A DNA stretch of 64,000 nt from Trichosphaerium sp. ATCC 40318 (GCA_038496445.1 JALMLS010000332.1:238168-302167), one strand, 5' to 3'. Shown: positions 12,644-27,106, counted from the first letter of the stretch. Program-made: numbers and translations. The notes: generated from the letters alone by a model not told the origin.

Positions 12644-13679
12644 CATCAAACGCTTCCTCTAGTTAGTTGTAGCCTGCTTGAATTTGAGCGAAGCTCTTTA
12701 TGTTACTTTCTTGAGACATCCTTGTATTTGGTCTAAAGCCCGTTAGCGGTAAAGCACGTTGTAAAGTTGAAGTATTCCAGTTTTTCTTTTCGGTTCAAGC
12801 CGAGATGCTACTGTTTTTGGCGCGAAAAAACAAGACTTGTCGACGGTTTTTGAAAATGAAAACGTGCAAAATAAAGCGCGTAGCATCTCCTGCGCAGTCC
12901 AAACGAAAAAAAAAAAAGTGAAAAGCCTCAAAATAGAAGTTCGAAGAACGAAGCCACATTTTTATCTGTGACATCCACTGGAAGGTACCGAACCTAGACA
13001 CATGATACACTCTCCCGCTTAAACGATGAAGTTAACGCGTTCCTCACGAGTAACAAGTGAACAAGTCCGCTGTCCAATGAACCAAGCTGCAAATTTGTTA
13101 ATGCTAAGCGCAGAACCAGTTCCCATTCTTTGAGATACTTACACCTAACGGTACAAGGTATTCTCTCGTAAAGGGTAGTACCTCTCGCATCACCAGAGAA
13201 GCTTCCAGGAGCACTGCAACCTGGTTACGACCCAATGTACACAACTCATGTCAATCACTTGAAACGCTACTTCGAATTTCTAATGGGTACGTGCCTGGTA
13301 TTGCCTTAAAGCGTTGTTGCTATCTCTTGCAGTCGATAGAACGTTCCCATCTCTTCGTTATACTTTGTATCAATGTAGCGTTCTTCATTGTTATCTAAGT
13401 TGAAGTTAATGAACAGCTATATAAAACGTTTTACCTGCTGCTTCGTTTGTGAGAGTTGTTGCGTTGTGTTAACTACAAACTGAGTTTTTAATTTTTGTTT
13501 ATTTGTGTTGAAGTTGTGCAGTAACTGATATTAATAAACAGTCCCCAGTTTAAAATAGTACGCCGCGTATAACGGTTCACAGTTGAAGCGTCATCGTAAA
13601 ATACATATTTCGTTGTCGACAATTGAGGAATTGTGCAGTAAAAAAAGAAAGACATAGTAAGGGTGTTTATAGAACGTTT
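12644..13679 (-). repeat. Copy 1 of ~1 kb unit (inverted relative to 55756-56781); coding exons pseudogenised
   Basis: Reverse complement aligns to 55756-56781 along its whole length. Exon 1 has 10-nt and 1-nt deletions; exon 2 has a frameshift and TAA codons. Confidence 0.95.
12934..13282 (-). ncRNA. Candidate intron-hosted structured RNA, copy 1
   Basis: Lies in predicted intron 12733-13294; closed by TAGAAATTCGAAG/CTTCGAACTTCTA; near-identical to 56160-56496. Confidence 0.6.
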
Positions 13680-14756
13680 CTGGGTGGCAACAGAATAAAC
13701 GTAGATATTTAAAGAACATTCTAATTGTACGCAGTTTTATTCAATATGTGCAATGAAGCATGGTGTAAACGAGATCTACACATGAAGTAGTGTATGTTAT
13801 GGAGTATTCAATGATTAAGCTCCGATAAAAAACAGAATCAGAATCTGTAAACTTTATTCTGTCTGGTTCTCGTTACAGTATATTGGCTCACCTAGCTCTA
13901 TTGGCGATGTTCCCTTGTAACCAATTGTACACGAATATTCTCCATAAGACATAACCCATTGTAAACAACCTTACGTACTAAAGTAGGTGCTCTTGTTCTA
14001 AAAAAAGCCGATTTCGACAGGCTAGTACTTGCATTTTATTTTTTTTTTATCATGGTTCAATTTCCACGTTTACACTTGTAGTCTAATAACACACCATGAT
14101 ATAATATGGGTTTACACGTATAGAGGTATGACAGCTTTTGCAAGGTTATTTTTTACGACTTGATTATTTCTACTACGAACTACTATGGTGTCAAAAAAAT
14201 AGTCCAAGTCCCTTGAAACAACGTGACAAGGTTCATCACTGTGAACATGTAGTTCAGTCTAACTAGACAAAAATGTTATGCTAACTGCTAGTACAAAATA
14301 TGACGGTAAATGGTTACAAGAAAAACTCAAAACTCCCTATTTCCTTTTTAAGGAAAATTTACTCGTAAGTTGTTTAGTTACGTTTACGCGTAAGAGATTA
14401 AATTCAATCGCGTCTCTAGATTGCCGCTATGTTTTTCTTTGTTGTGCAAATGGAATACGTACTTCTTATTCGACCAAAGTGCCGAAATCAGATGAAAGCT
14501 TCAAATTTACTTAAATAGGTCGATTTGAAGTTTAACACCTTTGAATATTGGGTATGCGAACAAATTCGTTTGTAATTACGAGTTTTGAAGTGAGAAAAAT
14601 AAAAAGTGGAGTATTGTGTCTCTAATACCTTCTCATATTGTGTTTGTGTTCATTTCCAGCGTTTTCATCAAAAAATAAACTTGACGTACGCAATTTGAAA
14701 AATTTTCGAATTTTTTGCCCATATTAGGCATACACGCTAATTCGCACCTTACCACA

Positions 14757-17664
14757 ATGAAAGGCACCCTCTCCTTGTTACTGTTTATTGCATGTATCGC
14801 AGTAGTCAGTGCAGAGGTACCACTACAGTTTCGATCGTACCTCAGCATCACGAAAGACCCAAAAATGACCGTACGCGCATCTTACACCAGTTTCTAGTAC
14901 CATTGCTGTATTTTTCTCGAAAGTTTTTAAAACTATTTGACGTGTGACGCCGGATGTCTCAAAACTAAGCTGTTCCTACCACCAGGCGTAGAAACTTGCT
15001 GCTTGTCGTTGGAAGTTCGTTTTAACAATAATTAGGGAGAGTATGAAGCGTATTTGTCTTACACCCGAGATGAGGCTCCTCAGTATGCACTTCACTATGT
15101 AAATCCTACTGCAAGCGTTGATTCGCTTCGAGAAATCCAAGACGAGGTACGAAACTGCTATACAAGTTTTGAAGCTCGCGCAATAAAAGTTAGTCCGGAG
15201 GACTTGTTCCTCACAACATGATTCATCAATTCGCTACCAAACCAAATGGCAACTGTGTAAAGACTTGAGCGCTAACGTTTATCGTTTAGGATGCATTTTA
15301 TCGCTATGTCTCCTCGGACAGCTGCGTAAAACACTCGCTATCAAACCCGTTTCCTCTCATATCAACGGAAACCGGAGATGGATTTGCTGACGCATCCGTA
15401 ACCGAAATAATACGGACTGTGTTCCCAGACATGACCACAACTACAGAGGAATGTAAAAAGTACACTCGCAATGTGACACTATCAAATGAAAAGCAGGTCA
15501 AAGACATATGGGTCAGTACAGGTGCATTCGAGTACCCTTGTCGCATTGTTTTCGGAGACGGAACCACGTGGACTTTTAAATTGGATAGTGAATTTTTAGC
15601 AGGCGGATCTTTCGCCCAATTTCCTGCTGGTATCACTCCAACAGCTGCATTCCCGGATGTACAATCTTGCACACGTTTTGTTGAAACAGAGTTTGTTTTT
15701 GGTATGCTTTTTTATTCTATCTTTTGTTCTGTTGTGCTCTCAAATGCAATTAACTTTATTGCTCTAGTTTTGGATACGTCTGCGTCTATTACGACCGGAT
15801 GGCAATCAGTTATTGATTGGCTGGGAAGTTTTGTTTCCCAGATAACTATTGGGAACCAAGAACAAGAATCACGTGTTGCTTTTGTTACATACAATTCCTT
15901 TTCTTCTTTCCCTGTAGCGTATTTATTAGACGACCCAGCGACAATAAACAATACCTTGAACGTACTGGGGAACACAACTACTGAAGGTTTTGGAGATTTT
16001 TTTTGTTTTACGCTGCTAACTTTTTGTAGGGTTTACCTGTACTGGTTGTGGCCTAAGAGAGGCTGCAAACATGCTGTATGATGTTGAAAAATACATAACA
16101 ACATGCCAGGGTGACATATCATGTGTACAATCCCAAGTCAAAGGGCAGGTGGCCTCATCTGACAGAAAAACAAGACCTGTTTCACAAGTAGTTATCGTGC
16201 TCACAGATGGTTTCGTAAACAGACCAGATAATTTAGGTCAACTTCCTGGAGATTACCCAAGCGCGACATACTTTGATCTTGTAGACAATGCTCTGGGAAC
16301 ACCTCCTACCCGTCCTTACCTAGAACTTATGACAGGTACATTACTTAACTTAGTATTGTTGTGAAAATGTGACAATGGTTAGAGTACGCCGTTGCTACTG
16401 GTGCGGTTCCTGTTGCAATAGGTATTGTTGGAACAAATCCAGAAGAACCACAAGTGAGCCTGGATGATTTATTCGCCATTGTTCAAGGCAAACATGCAAA
16501 CATCTTTCAAGTCGATTTTACCAGTCAATTGGATAGTATCACTCAAGATGTCCTTAACATAGCAGTGGGACCTTTTGAATGTGACTGTCTTGGCTTTTGT
16601 GATGTGACAGGTTCTTGCGAGTGCGCAAAAAACTGTAACGATGGAAACCCCTGCACAAGGGATATCTGTACTCATGGTTCCATCGGCTGCATAGGCTTGC
16701 CAAATGAGCTTATAAACGGAAAATTCCAATGTGAAGATGACAACAGCTGTACAGATTGGGAATGTGTCAATCCAAATGATGGTATGACTTTTCATCCTAC
16801 TTTACTGAACGATGGCTCCTATGATCCTAACGCTCCTGAGTGCATTCACGAACCGTCTGCTGGTAAGACCCCTTGAAATGTTATTTATACAATCTCTAAA
16901 GTTGTTGTTTAGAGGCTATTGCTTGTATCAGCACCGATCCTTGTGTTGTATCGTCTTGTGATCCTGCAAGGGGTTGCTCAGTAGTACTATGTGTCAGTCC
17001 CAACGAGGACTGCTTCATAGCTTCTTGTAATTCTTCTCGCACTGAACCAACACCTGGACTACCACGTGGCTGCCAACTTGACCCAGGTATGCGTTTTTTT
17101 TATGGATTTTGCTTTGTTGTTACTTTGTACATATCCGTAATTGCTTCCTCTAGTCGCAAATAGTACTTGCCAAAATGGCACATTACCACCAACAATACCT
17201 ACTGCACCTATGAACGTAACTATAGTGTTTATTGTGTCACGTCCACTTACACCAGATGAAATAGAAGCTATTGCAGTAGCTTGGCAGAAAGTAACAAACA
17301 GCGTTGTACTTCCAATAATAGTTATACAAATTGAAAAGAGAAGTATTGAACAACAATCAACCACTTATAATGTTATTTTTGATGCACAAGATGCTCAAAA
17401 AGTAACAAGGTTTACTAAATCTTCTGATGCTGCTACAATACTAGCTAATGAAATTAACCTTCCAACTCTAAAAGTGGTACGGATTCTTGTCTTGTAGTTT
17501 TTATTTTTTGCTCTGCATCTTATTCTTACTCTTTCTACTAGTTTAGCTTAACCCAGGCTGAACCACCAACTGCACCATCTATCAACAATTTTAATACCAG
17601 TGGAGGTTGCGTTTTATTAGCTGGTGTACACGGTGTTATCATTGCTGTACTTTCATTACTGTAA
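14757..17664 (+). CDS. Secreted, probably GPI-anchored protein with vWA domain and Cys-rich (CxDxxxCTxDxC) repeats
   Basis: Signal peptide MKGTLSLLLFIACIAVVSA; MIDAS-like LDTSASI and IVLTDG; CNDGNPCTRDIC and CEDDNSCTDWEC; hydrophobic C-terminus GGCVLLAGVHGVIIAVLSLL*. Confidence 0.85.
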
Positions 17665-17701
17665 AAAAATAAATACAATATCCAAAATGATTAAACACGT
17701 G

Positions 17702-17827
17702 GCTGTCCAGTTAATCAAGCTGAAAATTTGTTAATGCTAAGAGCAGAATCAGTTCCCATTCTTTGAGATACTGACACCTAACGGCTCGCATCGCCAGAGA
17801 AGCTACCGGGAGCACTGCAACCTGGTT
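17702..17827 (-). repeat. Truncated third copy of the conserved intronic RNA core
   Basis: Matches ~13069-13226 except for a 32-nt internal deletion. Confidence 0.9.
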
Positions 17828-17928
17828 CGAAATCACATTGTGTTGTATTGTTAGCAGAACAGTTAAGAACACTATTACACTGATTTTATTGTTAGCACAC
17901 GAGATAATTCTGTTTTGTAAGTTGATTG

Positions 17929-20900
17929 CTACTTTAAGCTTGTTCTGGAATCTTTTACATTCTCTATTAAACCTTTTAGATGTTCTATCTGAGCCTCTAT
18001 TGATGCCACACGTTTTTCATCGTCAATGTCATCAAGTTGTGAATTGAGGGATTGCACTGAGTTGATGTTGCTTTTCTTTTTTGTTGCTTCTTTCGAATTA
18101 TCAAGAACAAACATTGCAAGAACACAAATACCTATTTGTTGTGTTGTCAGAGAAGATAATAAGAATGACTAAATGAGCAGTACCTGCACTGAGAACAATA
18201 CAAATAGAATAGATCGCATATTTCTGTTCTCTGGCACTTGGTGAAGTGATCGTGTAGAATGATATTGTTGCAACAACTGTAAATAGAGTCATGTTGTAGA
18301 TGGAGTATCCGATCACCTTGGCTTCATTGAAGACATTCAAAGGTACTTTACGGAGAAGAAATGCTGTAACTGTACCGATAAGCATAGTGACAATCTATTT
18401 TAGTATTGTTAGGAAAAAGCAGTGTGAGAAAACAGACTTACAATTGCAAAATGTTGAATGCCAAGCACAACATGTCCAGCTGTTGATAACTCACACTCGT
18501 AATAGTTCTTCGAGATACGATGCTGATCCACAACAACATATTTTGATGGTTCAAGTACAGCACTGAAAGCAATACATAATACCTGAACGAATGAAAGAAA
18601 ACAACAAGATAAAACAAATAAAACAAGAAAAAAGCAGGAAGAAGGATACGATGCAAACAGAGCAAAAGACACCAACGTAAGTGGCAACTTGAAGATCACT
18701 TACTCTTATGGGTTCAAGGGTTTTTGCTGCTCTATAAATATAGTACACACGCCACGATTTAGCAAACAAACACCTTGGGAAAGAGTAAGAAAAGAGAGAA
18801 GCAGTTTCAAAAATAGAGTTACCCAAACATCAAGTTGACTCCCAAGAAAAACAACCAATTGTGTATGTGGCAAGAGAATGTTTGACTATTGTTTGGTGTA
18901 GCGAATAGAGTACTAAAGTAAATCAAGTTCGCTCCGATAAGAATACCCAGCATGAAAAGAGGTGAGGAGTCTAAAAAGCGTTAATTTCGTAAAACAACAA
19001 ACCCTCGAACGCACACTTGAGTTTGTCCTTATAAGCAATGATATACACTCCAAAGGCTAGTGTGAAAACAAAGGCAATACCAACTATAGCCAATACTACC
19101 CATTCGAAAATGCTGTCACCTTACTCAAGCGTCAGCAAGGAGACAAACAGCTTGAAACTAAAAAACCACATACCAAAAGTTTCTTTAAAGACACGTTCTT
19201 TCCAAGTTGGCATTGGTATTATTAGATCAGCTGAAGCACTTAGTAGTGGACCTACAACCACTTCTGACCCATTGATAAGTTGAGACATGACTCCATCTGA
19301 TAATTGCTCATTTTTAGGAGAATACCGTATCTACGAAAAAAATAAGAAAAAAATACCTTGTAAAAAAATCTTGATAGATGAACGTACCCTTCCAAGGAAA
19401 GTATTCAAATCTAATTTCTTCAATGAACTTATAACATCATACGTGTCTATACTATCAGCGCCCTAGAACTTATTTTAGATTACTAGCAACCAGCCAAATA
19501 AACCAAAGAAGGTTATTTTTGCAGTTTACCTCTAGTGCTTTTTGTAATACAGTACCACTCATTGTTGCTATTGCTGACCCTACATGTGATTCGGTAGATA
19601 CTTCGGGATAAGCAGCTCCAAATATATTACTAAAATCCTGTATTGTGCCGTATAAATCTCCCACTCTTCTCGAATTTAAGCCGGGCTATTGACTTAATGT
19701 CAGAACTAAAAGGAAGAAAAAAAAAGAGACTCGTACTCCTTTGACACCAGATATATAGTCTCTCAAAGTAGGATCAAGAAAGCTCCATACAAAAGGCATA
19801 ACTACAATTGCTTTTGGTATCCAATCACGTGATTTCATTAGAGGAAGCATAAAAGCAAAGGCTGATTGTGGTACAGATCCACAACTAAATAAGATATCAC
19901 TGTTTGTTTGGATAACAGCCTAGCAAAAATCATCAAAAACAAAGCGCTGATACATGGCTCAATTCGAGGATACTCTTACATTTAGTGTGTCCGTCCAGTT
20001 TTTCTCGTGATCGGGAGCATCTGAACTCGCAAGGGAAAACGATGTGATGTTCAGTATCCCGTTCTCTAAGCCCTAGTTTAATGTTATTGCCTCAAATCAA
20101 TATAGCTCATTTTAATTGAGTGGTCTTCGTACAATATCTGTGAAACCATCACAAGCGAGGGCACCATGATCATCTTTAATCAGGTACGTAACAGATGTTA
20201 ACCTCTGAGTTCGAAAAAACGGCATTGTTACATGAGAATATCTAGCAAAATGAGATTGAGCTGCTTCGCCCGAAAAGAATATTTCGTACCTTGATATTTG
20301 TGGCATTACACCAAAGCTATGCTGACCGATTTGTGAAAACTCATCATTTGATACAACGACTCCCATCAGAAGCTTTTTAGCGGCTTCAGTTACTTTAGCA
20401 ACTTCCAGACTTATAGTAGAACCGAAGGGACCTGTGTTAAACAAAGTTGTTGTTAAAGAAATTTCTTTGTTGGACAGTTTAACAACGTGTTTCGTACCAA
20501 ACAAGTAATCTATCTCCGGGTCCTCTGTGAGTATTTGATAATTAGAAATTATCGAAGCAGCAACACCATCATCATAGAAAACACGAAGAGCAACCTTTTA
20601 CAGAAAAAAACACGTAAGTTCCCGAAAACTCCGCATCACCTCAACGCGTACGGAGTAGTTGGTACCAGCGACTCTGATGCCTCCTGCAGCGTTGACACGG
20701 TTTGCCCAGAATTCTATGCCTTTGAACAGAGCATACCCTCTGGCGTTCTGAACTCTTGTTAGTTAAAATGTCACGTGTCCCTACTGCCATACCCAAACGT
20801 TTGCCGAAGAATTTCGAGTGGTACTAAGCCCCAAGACAAGAGTAGTTCCATTTTTAAGAGCATAACTCGTATACAACCAGGAAATACAAATGAGAAGTGC

Positions 20901-21004
20901 TAATAAGTTGTTGTAAGATAAAAGAGCTCAACTTCAAAAATGTAAACAAAAAATAAAACCGTTTTTCGTATTTTTAGCATACCAATAGCATATACACGTG
21001 TCAT
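17929..21004 (-). CDS. Family C (GABA-B/Grl-like) GPCR, paralogue A
   Basis: Periplasmic-binding-protein-like ectodomain (FWANRVNAAGGI, VDYLFGPFGS), 7TM with AKSWRV and FNEAK, C-terminal coiled coil. Confidence 0.9.
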
Positions 21005-21360
21005 TTTCTTTTTAATTTTCTTATTTTGTATGTTATCTAATAGGAGATGCTACGTGTTGGGACTAATGTGAATTTATTGCGTGGTGTTGAGGAAAACTCA
21101 ACGAAGTTTATTCTTACCAGGGCAGTGTACCGTTGCTCTTTTTATATAACATCATTTGCCCTACCTACGAAATGTTGTTTAATCCAATTTATTTGTTGCC
21201 ATTGCGTACTCATTTTACCACAGCCATGAATTAGGTGTATATGGAAATAAAAACAACTTGGTGCGTCAAAATAAAATCATAGCATTTCTCGTTTTTTCAC
21301 GTTCAAATCATGAAATACTGAAAACAAATGGTGGAAAAACGGTACGTTTTTATTAATAAA

Positions 21361-24300
21361 TTACTCTGAAAGGTTTCCGCTGTTACCGCCGACTTCGTTC
21401 TTACCGCCAAACCTTCTCAAGCCACCTTCCGTTATCTGTACCCAAAAGTATTGCAGCTCCTGTTTAGAAAACCATAAGTATAGAACACAGCACATAATTA
21501 TGATCTACCTTGAATGTCTTCAGTTCTGGCTCAGATTTACTTCTCACCAACTTCTTTTTTGGTGTTATCTTCCTTACAGCTGTAGTATGTGTTCTTTTAG
21601 GCCTAACCCGAAGTTTTGGACTCTCAGAGGGAGGTGTCTTATTTCGAATCGGAATTTCAGCCAAAGGTAAAATTCTCTGAGATCTTTTTTTTGCAAGCTC
21701 ACGCCTTGTTCGCGGGCTATCGCCTCCTGGAATAAGATTCTAATACACGCATTAAAGACATTACCTCGTAATTAATTTACAAATATTGAAACAAAAGTAG
21801 GACTAATAACCGTACCGAAGATGATTTTGACTTTTTTTTCCTCCTTGCATATTTTTTCCTTTTCCGATTATTATTTCCAGAACGATCACGTGACATTTCT
21901 CTACTCAAACTTTTACTTTGTTCTTGATACTTGTCTTTCCATTTTTTAACTTCTTTTCGTAAATCAAGGGTGGCAGCTTTAAGATTATCTCTCCTATCGA
22001 GCAATCAGCAAAAACATTGAACAAAAAAAATCAACAAAAAAGTCATCCAAAAACTGATCTGTGCGCTTTTGTCGTACATGGTTTCGTATTCTTTTACTTC
22101 TTTTCTAAGCTCTTCTATCTCATCTTGAAGTGAACTTCGCTTATCAAGCAGTTGTATTTTTTCATCATCAATGAATTCTCTTGTTGATCTCCTTGACGTT
22201 AAGTTCCTCTGAAGAGCAACACATCCTTTGCCTTTAGTTATAGATAGCGCTCTCTCACCTTTAGGTATTTCTATAGATGATTCTTCATCAAAAGGCTCCG
22301 CAATAGCATCACACTCAAAAGGGCTTCCAGGAAGAACTTGTCCATTGTAAGATATACTTATAAGATACGTGTTAGGTTCTTCAGGTTCAAACAATGCTTC
22401 ATATACACCTTGAGCTGGCTTGAAGCTGATAGATACCTGTAGAGAAGCAACGTTAAACTTCCATCAAAAAAAGAGAGGGAGACAAACTAGGTAGGCATGA
22501 ATGTCGTACTGGTATTTGCTGTGCCAAGTCATCGTCAAGGAATGCAAAAGCAGAAAAATTGTTACAATTACCAGCCAATGTCTTGTTACCAAAAGAATCA
22601 TGTGCTACTATTGTACAAACAAAGGTATTACCAATAACAACACTTTCTTCATCATGTTCACACGTGCACAAAGAGACATCAATTTCACCTTTGGATTTTG
22701 TTACACCTTACACCTTTACTGAAACAGTCTTTACTGTACCTGGTGCTATATTCACCTTGTAAGGGCTTGAGCCTAATATAATGGATTAGGATAAGTTGTT
22801 TGTATAATAGGTTGTACCTAAATGGTTATCGCTGTGTAAGACATCTACTGTATGCTGTGTTGCTGTTTGCGGGCTAAATGATGCTTCATATGTTCCTTCA
22901 CTTATTTGATTTGGCTAAAGTATTGTAAGATTATAGTATGAATAGCCTACAGTGCTATTTTTAAGTGATGTGAACAAGTAAACTATGAGAAATCTGTATT
23001 TGTTTTAAAATCTTTTACATTCTGATATTACCTTTATAACATCGAAAAAATCGCCAGCTGTGATATTTATCTCTAATTTCTACTCAAATGTCAACAAGGT
23101 GGTTGATGTTCATCGCTCTTTTCTCGAAAAAAAAGAATGAAAACATGTAACATACTTGAGCATCACATAAAACGCCATCTTTCGTCTTACATACAATCTA
23201 TACAATTGTTACATAAGTGAATAATCGTTCGCACTTATATTACGCACTTTGATTTGTTGAGGTTTTCCTACAACCGCTCTATGTGACTCAAAGGAGCAAG
23301 TAACTTCAGCTTTTTCCTTATCAAATACAAACACTTTTTTGAACAAACCTCATTAGTAACCTCTAAAACATACCTTCAATACTTTTACGCACTTTTTACT
23401 TTTGCTGTACGTAAGTACCTAATAATAGGTGTACAACCCCTTCTACAGATATCCGGTGGAGGAAAAGTAAGTGGATTTTGGTTCACATTTATAAATATTA
23501 GTCTAATTTAATGTTGAGTTAGTCTGGATCAGTCTTATTTGCTACTTTGTTCTTTTTCTGTACCTTGCTGTAGATAATTGTATAGGTAATTTCTTTATAG
23601 CGTTATGTTGAATATGTAGTTTCCTCAAAGAAGGAAATGATCCAAAAGAAGCAGGAATTGATTCTATTTTGTTATTATTAATTTTTAGCTCCCTAGGTGA
23701 TATTGTTATTAACGTATACTTTCTAAATTATGACGTACCTCAAGCTACTCATTTTATTTATATCATGGTGTATTTCAACAATCTGGTTATTAGATATATC
23801 AAGCTCTTGAAGCTTTAATAGACTCAACAAAGGCCTACGCACGGAAAAAAGTTTAGTTAACATCTGAGTTGAAAATGTCACGTGTACTCTGGAAACTCGG
23901 TCAGTTTATTGCTCCCCAACCGTAGTATAATTAAATTCTTTAGTTGATCAAATGTATCTGGTATTGAAGAAAGCTTATTACGCGTCTAAAGAATTGTTTA
24001 AGAACATGTGATAAGTGTAAGTCTATGAACCTACAAATTCCAATTGTGTCAAAGAGCAAAACTGACCAAAACTGTCATCAAGTCCTTCAATGTTGTTATG
24101 TCTGACCTTTAGTACTACGCCCTGTTAGCAAGTGTAAATTATCATCACAGCAGTGCGGTACCTCTTACGCTACTATAAGGATAATCTGAAACGGGAAAGC
24201 TTGATAGGTTCAAGTTAGAAAAGTCAATTTGTCCAGATAATAAAGCAGGCTTTATCTTTGCGTTAAGCTCTTGCTCTAACGACAATATTAACAACATTCA

Positions 24301-24838
24301 TTAAATTTGTACACTGAATATAGTACCGCTTATCGAATTTTGCTTCTTTGTAGCAATAGCTTCTGTACCGACTATGGTAATCGCCTGCTGACAAAGCATA
24401 GATCTCGCAACAGTTGTAGAACTTAATCGTCGCCTATATAACAATCACAACACCATAAATATCCTAAATACTTGCCTTCGCATTATTGCGGATCTAAATC
24501 ACGTGTTAGGTAAGAAATATCACGTGTCTGATTTCGTAATTTTTTGATAACTTGCGAAACAAATGTACGTACTCTTCATCTTTTAATTCTTGAAAGTCAT
24601 CTTCATCAAATATACGCTCAACGCGTTGTTGTGAGCCTATTTTTATAGTTGATCCGGTGCTTCTTTTTCTTTTACATTTTGATTGTTAGAAAATCGCTAA
24701 GGAGTGCTATAGATCGTACGATGAGCCTCTTTTAGGCCATTTTTTCTTAATCTTTTTTGTTAGCCTTGATCTCCTTGATACGTCGTGAGATTCTGCAGTA
24801 TTTATATTTGGTGTTAATTTAGAGCCTTGGTCTGCCAT
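21361..24838 (-). CDS. LRR + filamin/Ig-repeat protein with coiled-coil, basic C-terminus
   Basis: Many short exons encoding LRRs (LDISNNQIVEI, LHIQHNAI), filamin-type ends (GSSPYKV, YNGQVLPGSPF) and a coiled coil (LQDEIEELRKEVKEY). Confidence 0.8.
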
Positions 24839-26716
24839 TTAGAGCATTATAAAAGTCATTAGAATTACAACACGTCCACATAACATGAAAAAAAAGATAT
24901 CTTTTGTGCACTATTTCCAGCGCAGTACAAATACTACTACAGATTACTTTCCGCCTGTAGTTCCGAGTGACAATGTACTTTAAGTAGCTAGAAGGGTTTA
25001 TTTACTTGTTCTTGCAAAAAAGCGATACAACTTCTGTTTTTGGGTTAGGATATACGAAAGCTAAGCTCGTAGCGTGAGTAGGTAGGTATACGAGTATCAC
25101 AAAGTGATAGAACGTCGATCGCCGCATCAGTTTTTATTAGTTTCACTGAAAAAGACAAAAAATATTCAAAAAAATGAAATCTCAACTTGTTTTTAACCAC
25201 TTTTTTTTGCTAGGGACTATTTTTGTAAGTGGTTCACGCGTCTCATATCAATGCTTTAGCATATGTGAATGTATCTCTAGAACGAATGGCTCTATTGTTA
25301 AGCTCTAAGTGTGAAATAAATTATTTACTTTTTTACATGTTTTTTAGCGTTTTTTTTTAATACATAGCTAAAAAAGCTTCAACTGAGCTTCATTGAGAAT
25401 AAGAAGATGATTCAAGCCTAGAATCGTCATAAATGGCTCTTGCAAATAAATTTCTGCGTTATGGGCTAAAATAAAGCTTATGGTACCAAAATATGAACAT
25501 GTATGTACAATGTACCTTTAAATGACGTTTATCGCTCAGAAAACGCTTAAAACGTTGGTTTGCTGCGTTAATATTGTAGTCAAACCGAGTTCTCCAATAA
25601 CGATGTAGGGCAAGCGTGTACAAGCGTTTAAATGATGTATATACATATAATAGCTATTTAACATATGTTAAGAAGGGTTTCAAGTCTGTACAGCCTTGCG
25701 TAATCTGTAAATTCCAATATTCCGTCCTCTGTTACCATAAGCAATTTTACGTTTTATGAAATACCATGAGTAATTGAAGGTCCCTGACTCTTTGAAAGTA
25801 CAGTTCATGTACTGTGTATGATACAGCATAACTTTCAGCAATAGCTAAACAATTGTAGCAGCATAGTTTCAAAGAAACTGTTTTTGAAGATTCTCCAAGT
25901 AAAAACTAAGTTCTGTCTCTAAAACTCCTATAGTGGTAAACCATAGCTACAGCAAGCTTTGTGGCTGTCTGATGCAATAAATTACCAAGCAAGGGCGAGT
26001 TTTTTGACATTTTCATTAAAATATTTGTTCATCAACTTCTATGAAAAAGTAACCTCTGTGTTTTGATACCTAAATCATCAAATACTCTATAACTGCGCAT
26101 ATGTACACAATGGTTTATTAAGCACCTGCCGCCAAAAGAAAAGATTTGAAAAAGGTATCTGTGGGTTAGAATGATTGTTCAAAAAAATGACCAATTTACA
26201 GCAATCAGGTGTAGAGACGGGTGATGATAGCTTTATGTGGAACACTGAAAGTGATAAAAAATGCCAGAAACGACAGAATGTAATCCTTAATCACTATGGT
26301 ATAAAAGAATTACCTGCAAAACATGGTGGCGATAGAGGAGAACAATATGATCCCAAGCAGTAAAAACTTGTTTTTAGTTTCAATGAAATAGTTGATTGAA
26401 GTACACTATTAATTACCAGTAAGTTCTGGTTCACATATATTATAGAGACACATGCATTCTGAAGCATACCCAAAATTTGGCCAAAACTAACGTTTTTGAG
26501 GTGTGCTAGACTTTTTTTGAAAGTGTGAACTGCTTACAAAAATCGTCCCTACGTCTGTTTGGCTTCTTTATATACGATTATAATCAACAATACTAATGGA
26601 TAGTGAAAATAGGTGCAGTTCAATGCTTCTACATAAATGGATTTCTCTGCTTCGCACTGAGTGTTCGTGTAAAGGCGTCTTGAATAAGGCAGCCCTGCAC
26701 AATCTCTTAGCTTGGG

Positions 26717-27010
26717 TGGCAAGTTATTTCGCTGTGACATCAATGTCACAAGTAGTATCAGTTGACACGTCCCGTTGGTCCATCGGCAATACGCAAAACA
26801 ATTATTTACTAATATACGAGTTGATGTATCGCCGTAAAAAGGACCTCCAACTTGAACTGACTTACAACGACGAAATTTACTTCGACATTCGAGCTTTGAG
26901 AGGTGCCATGTGGCCCTTTCAAACTCCTACCTCCCCCCTCTTCGGGATTTCCCGGAGACTTAAAACCAATTGACACGATCACCTTTCACATCCTTTTGTT
27001 TTGCTTGCCA
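26717..27010. ncRNA. Candidate structured non-coding element
   Basis: Terminal TGGCAAG/CTTGCCA; stems GAGCTTTGAGAGG/CCTTTCAAACTC, TCTTCGGG/CCCGGAGA, GGTCC/GGACC with CGGCGATAC/GTATTGCCG (minus), TGTGACAT/ATGTCACA. Confidence 0.35.
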
Positions 27011-27106
27011 AAAAAAAAAGAAGAGGTCATGTTTTGTTAATGAAAGCAAGTTCGTTTGTTAATTAACTCTTTCAGATTTATTACAAATATTCCTTAAGGA
27101 AGCACT

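Noticed and set aside
25380-26363. Coding-like fragments (VHELYFQRVRDLQLL, VTEDGILEF)
   Set aside because: Interrupted by stops and frameshifts with no consistent splice model; at most a decayed gene
26596-26973. 125-aa plus-strand ORF
   Set aside because: No motif, intronless, and overlaps a GC-rich paired element that would lower stop frequency
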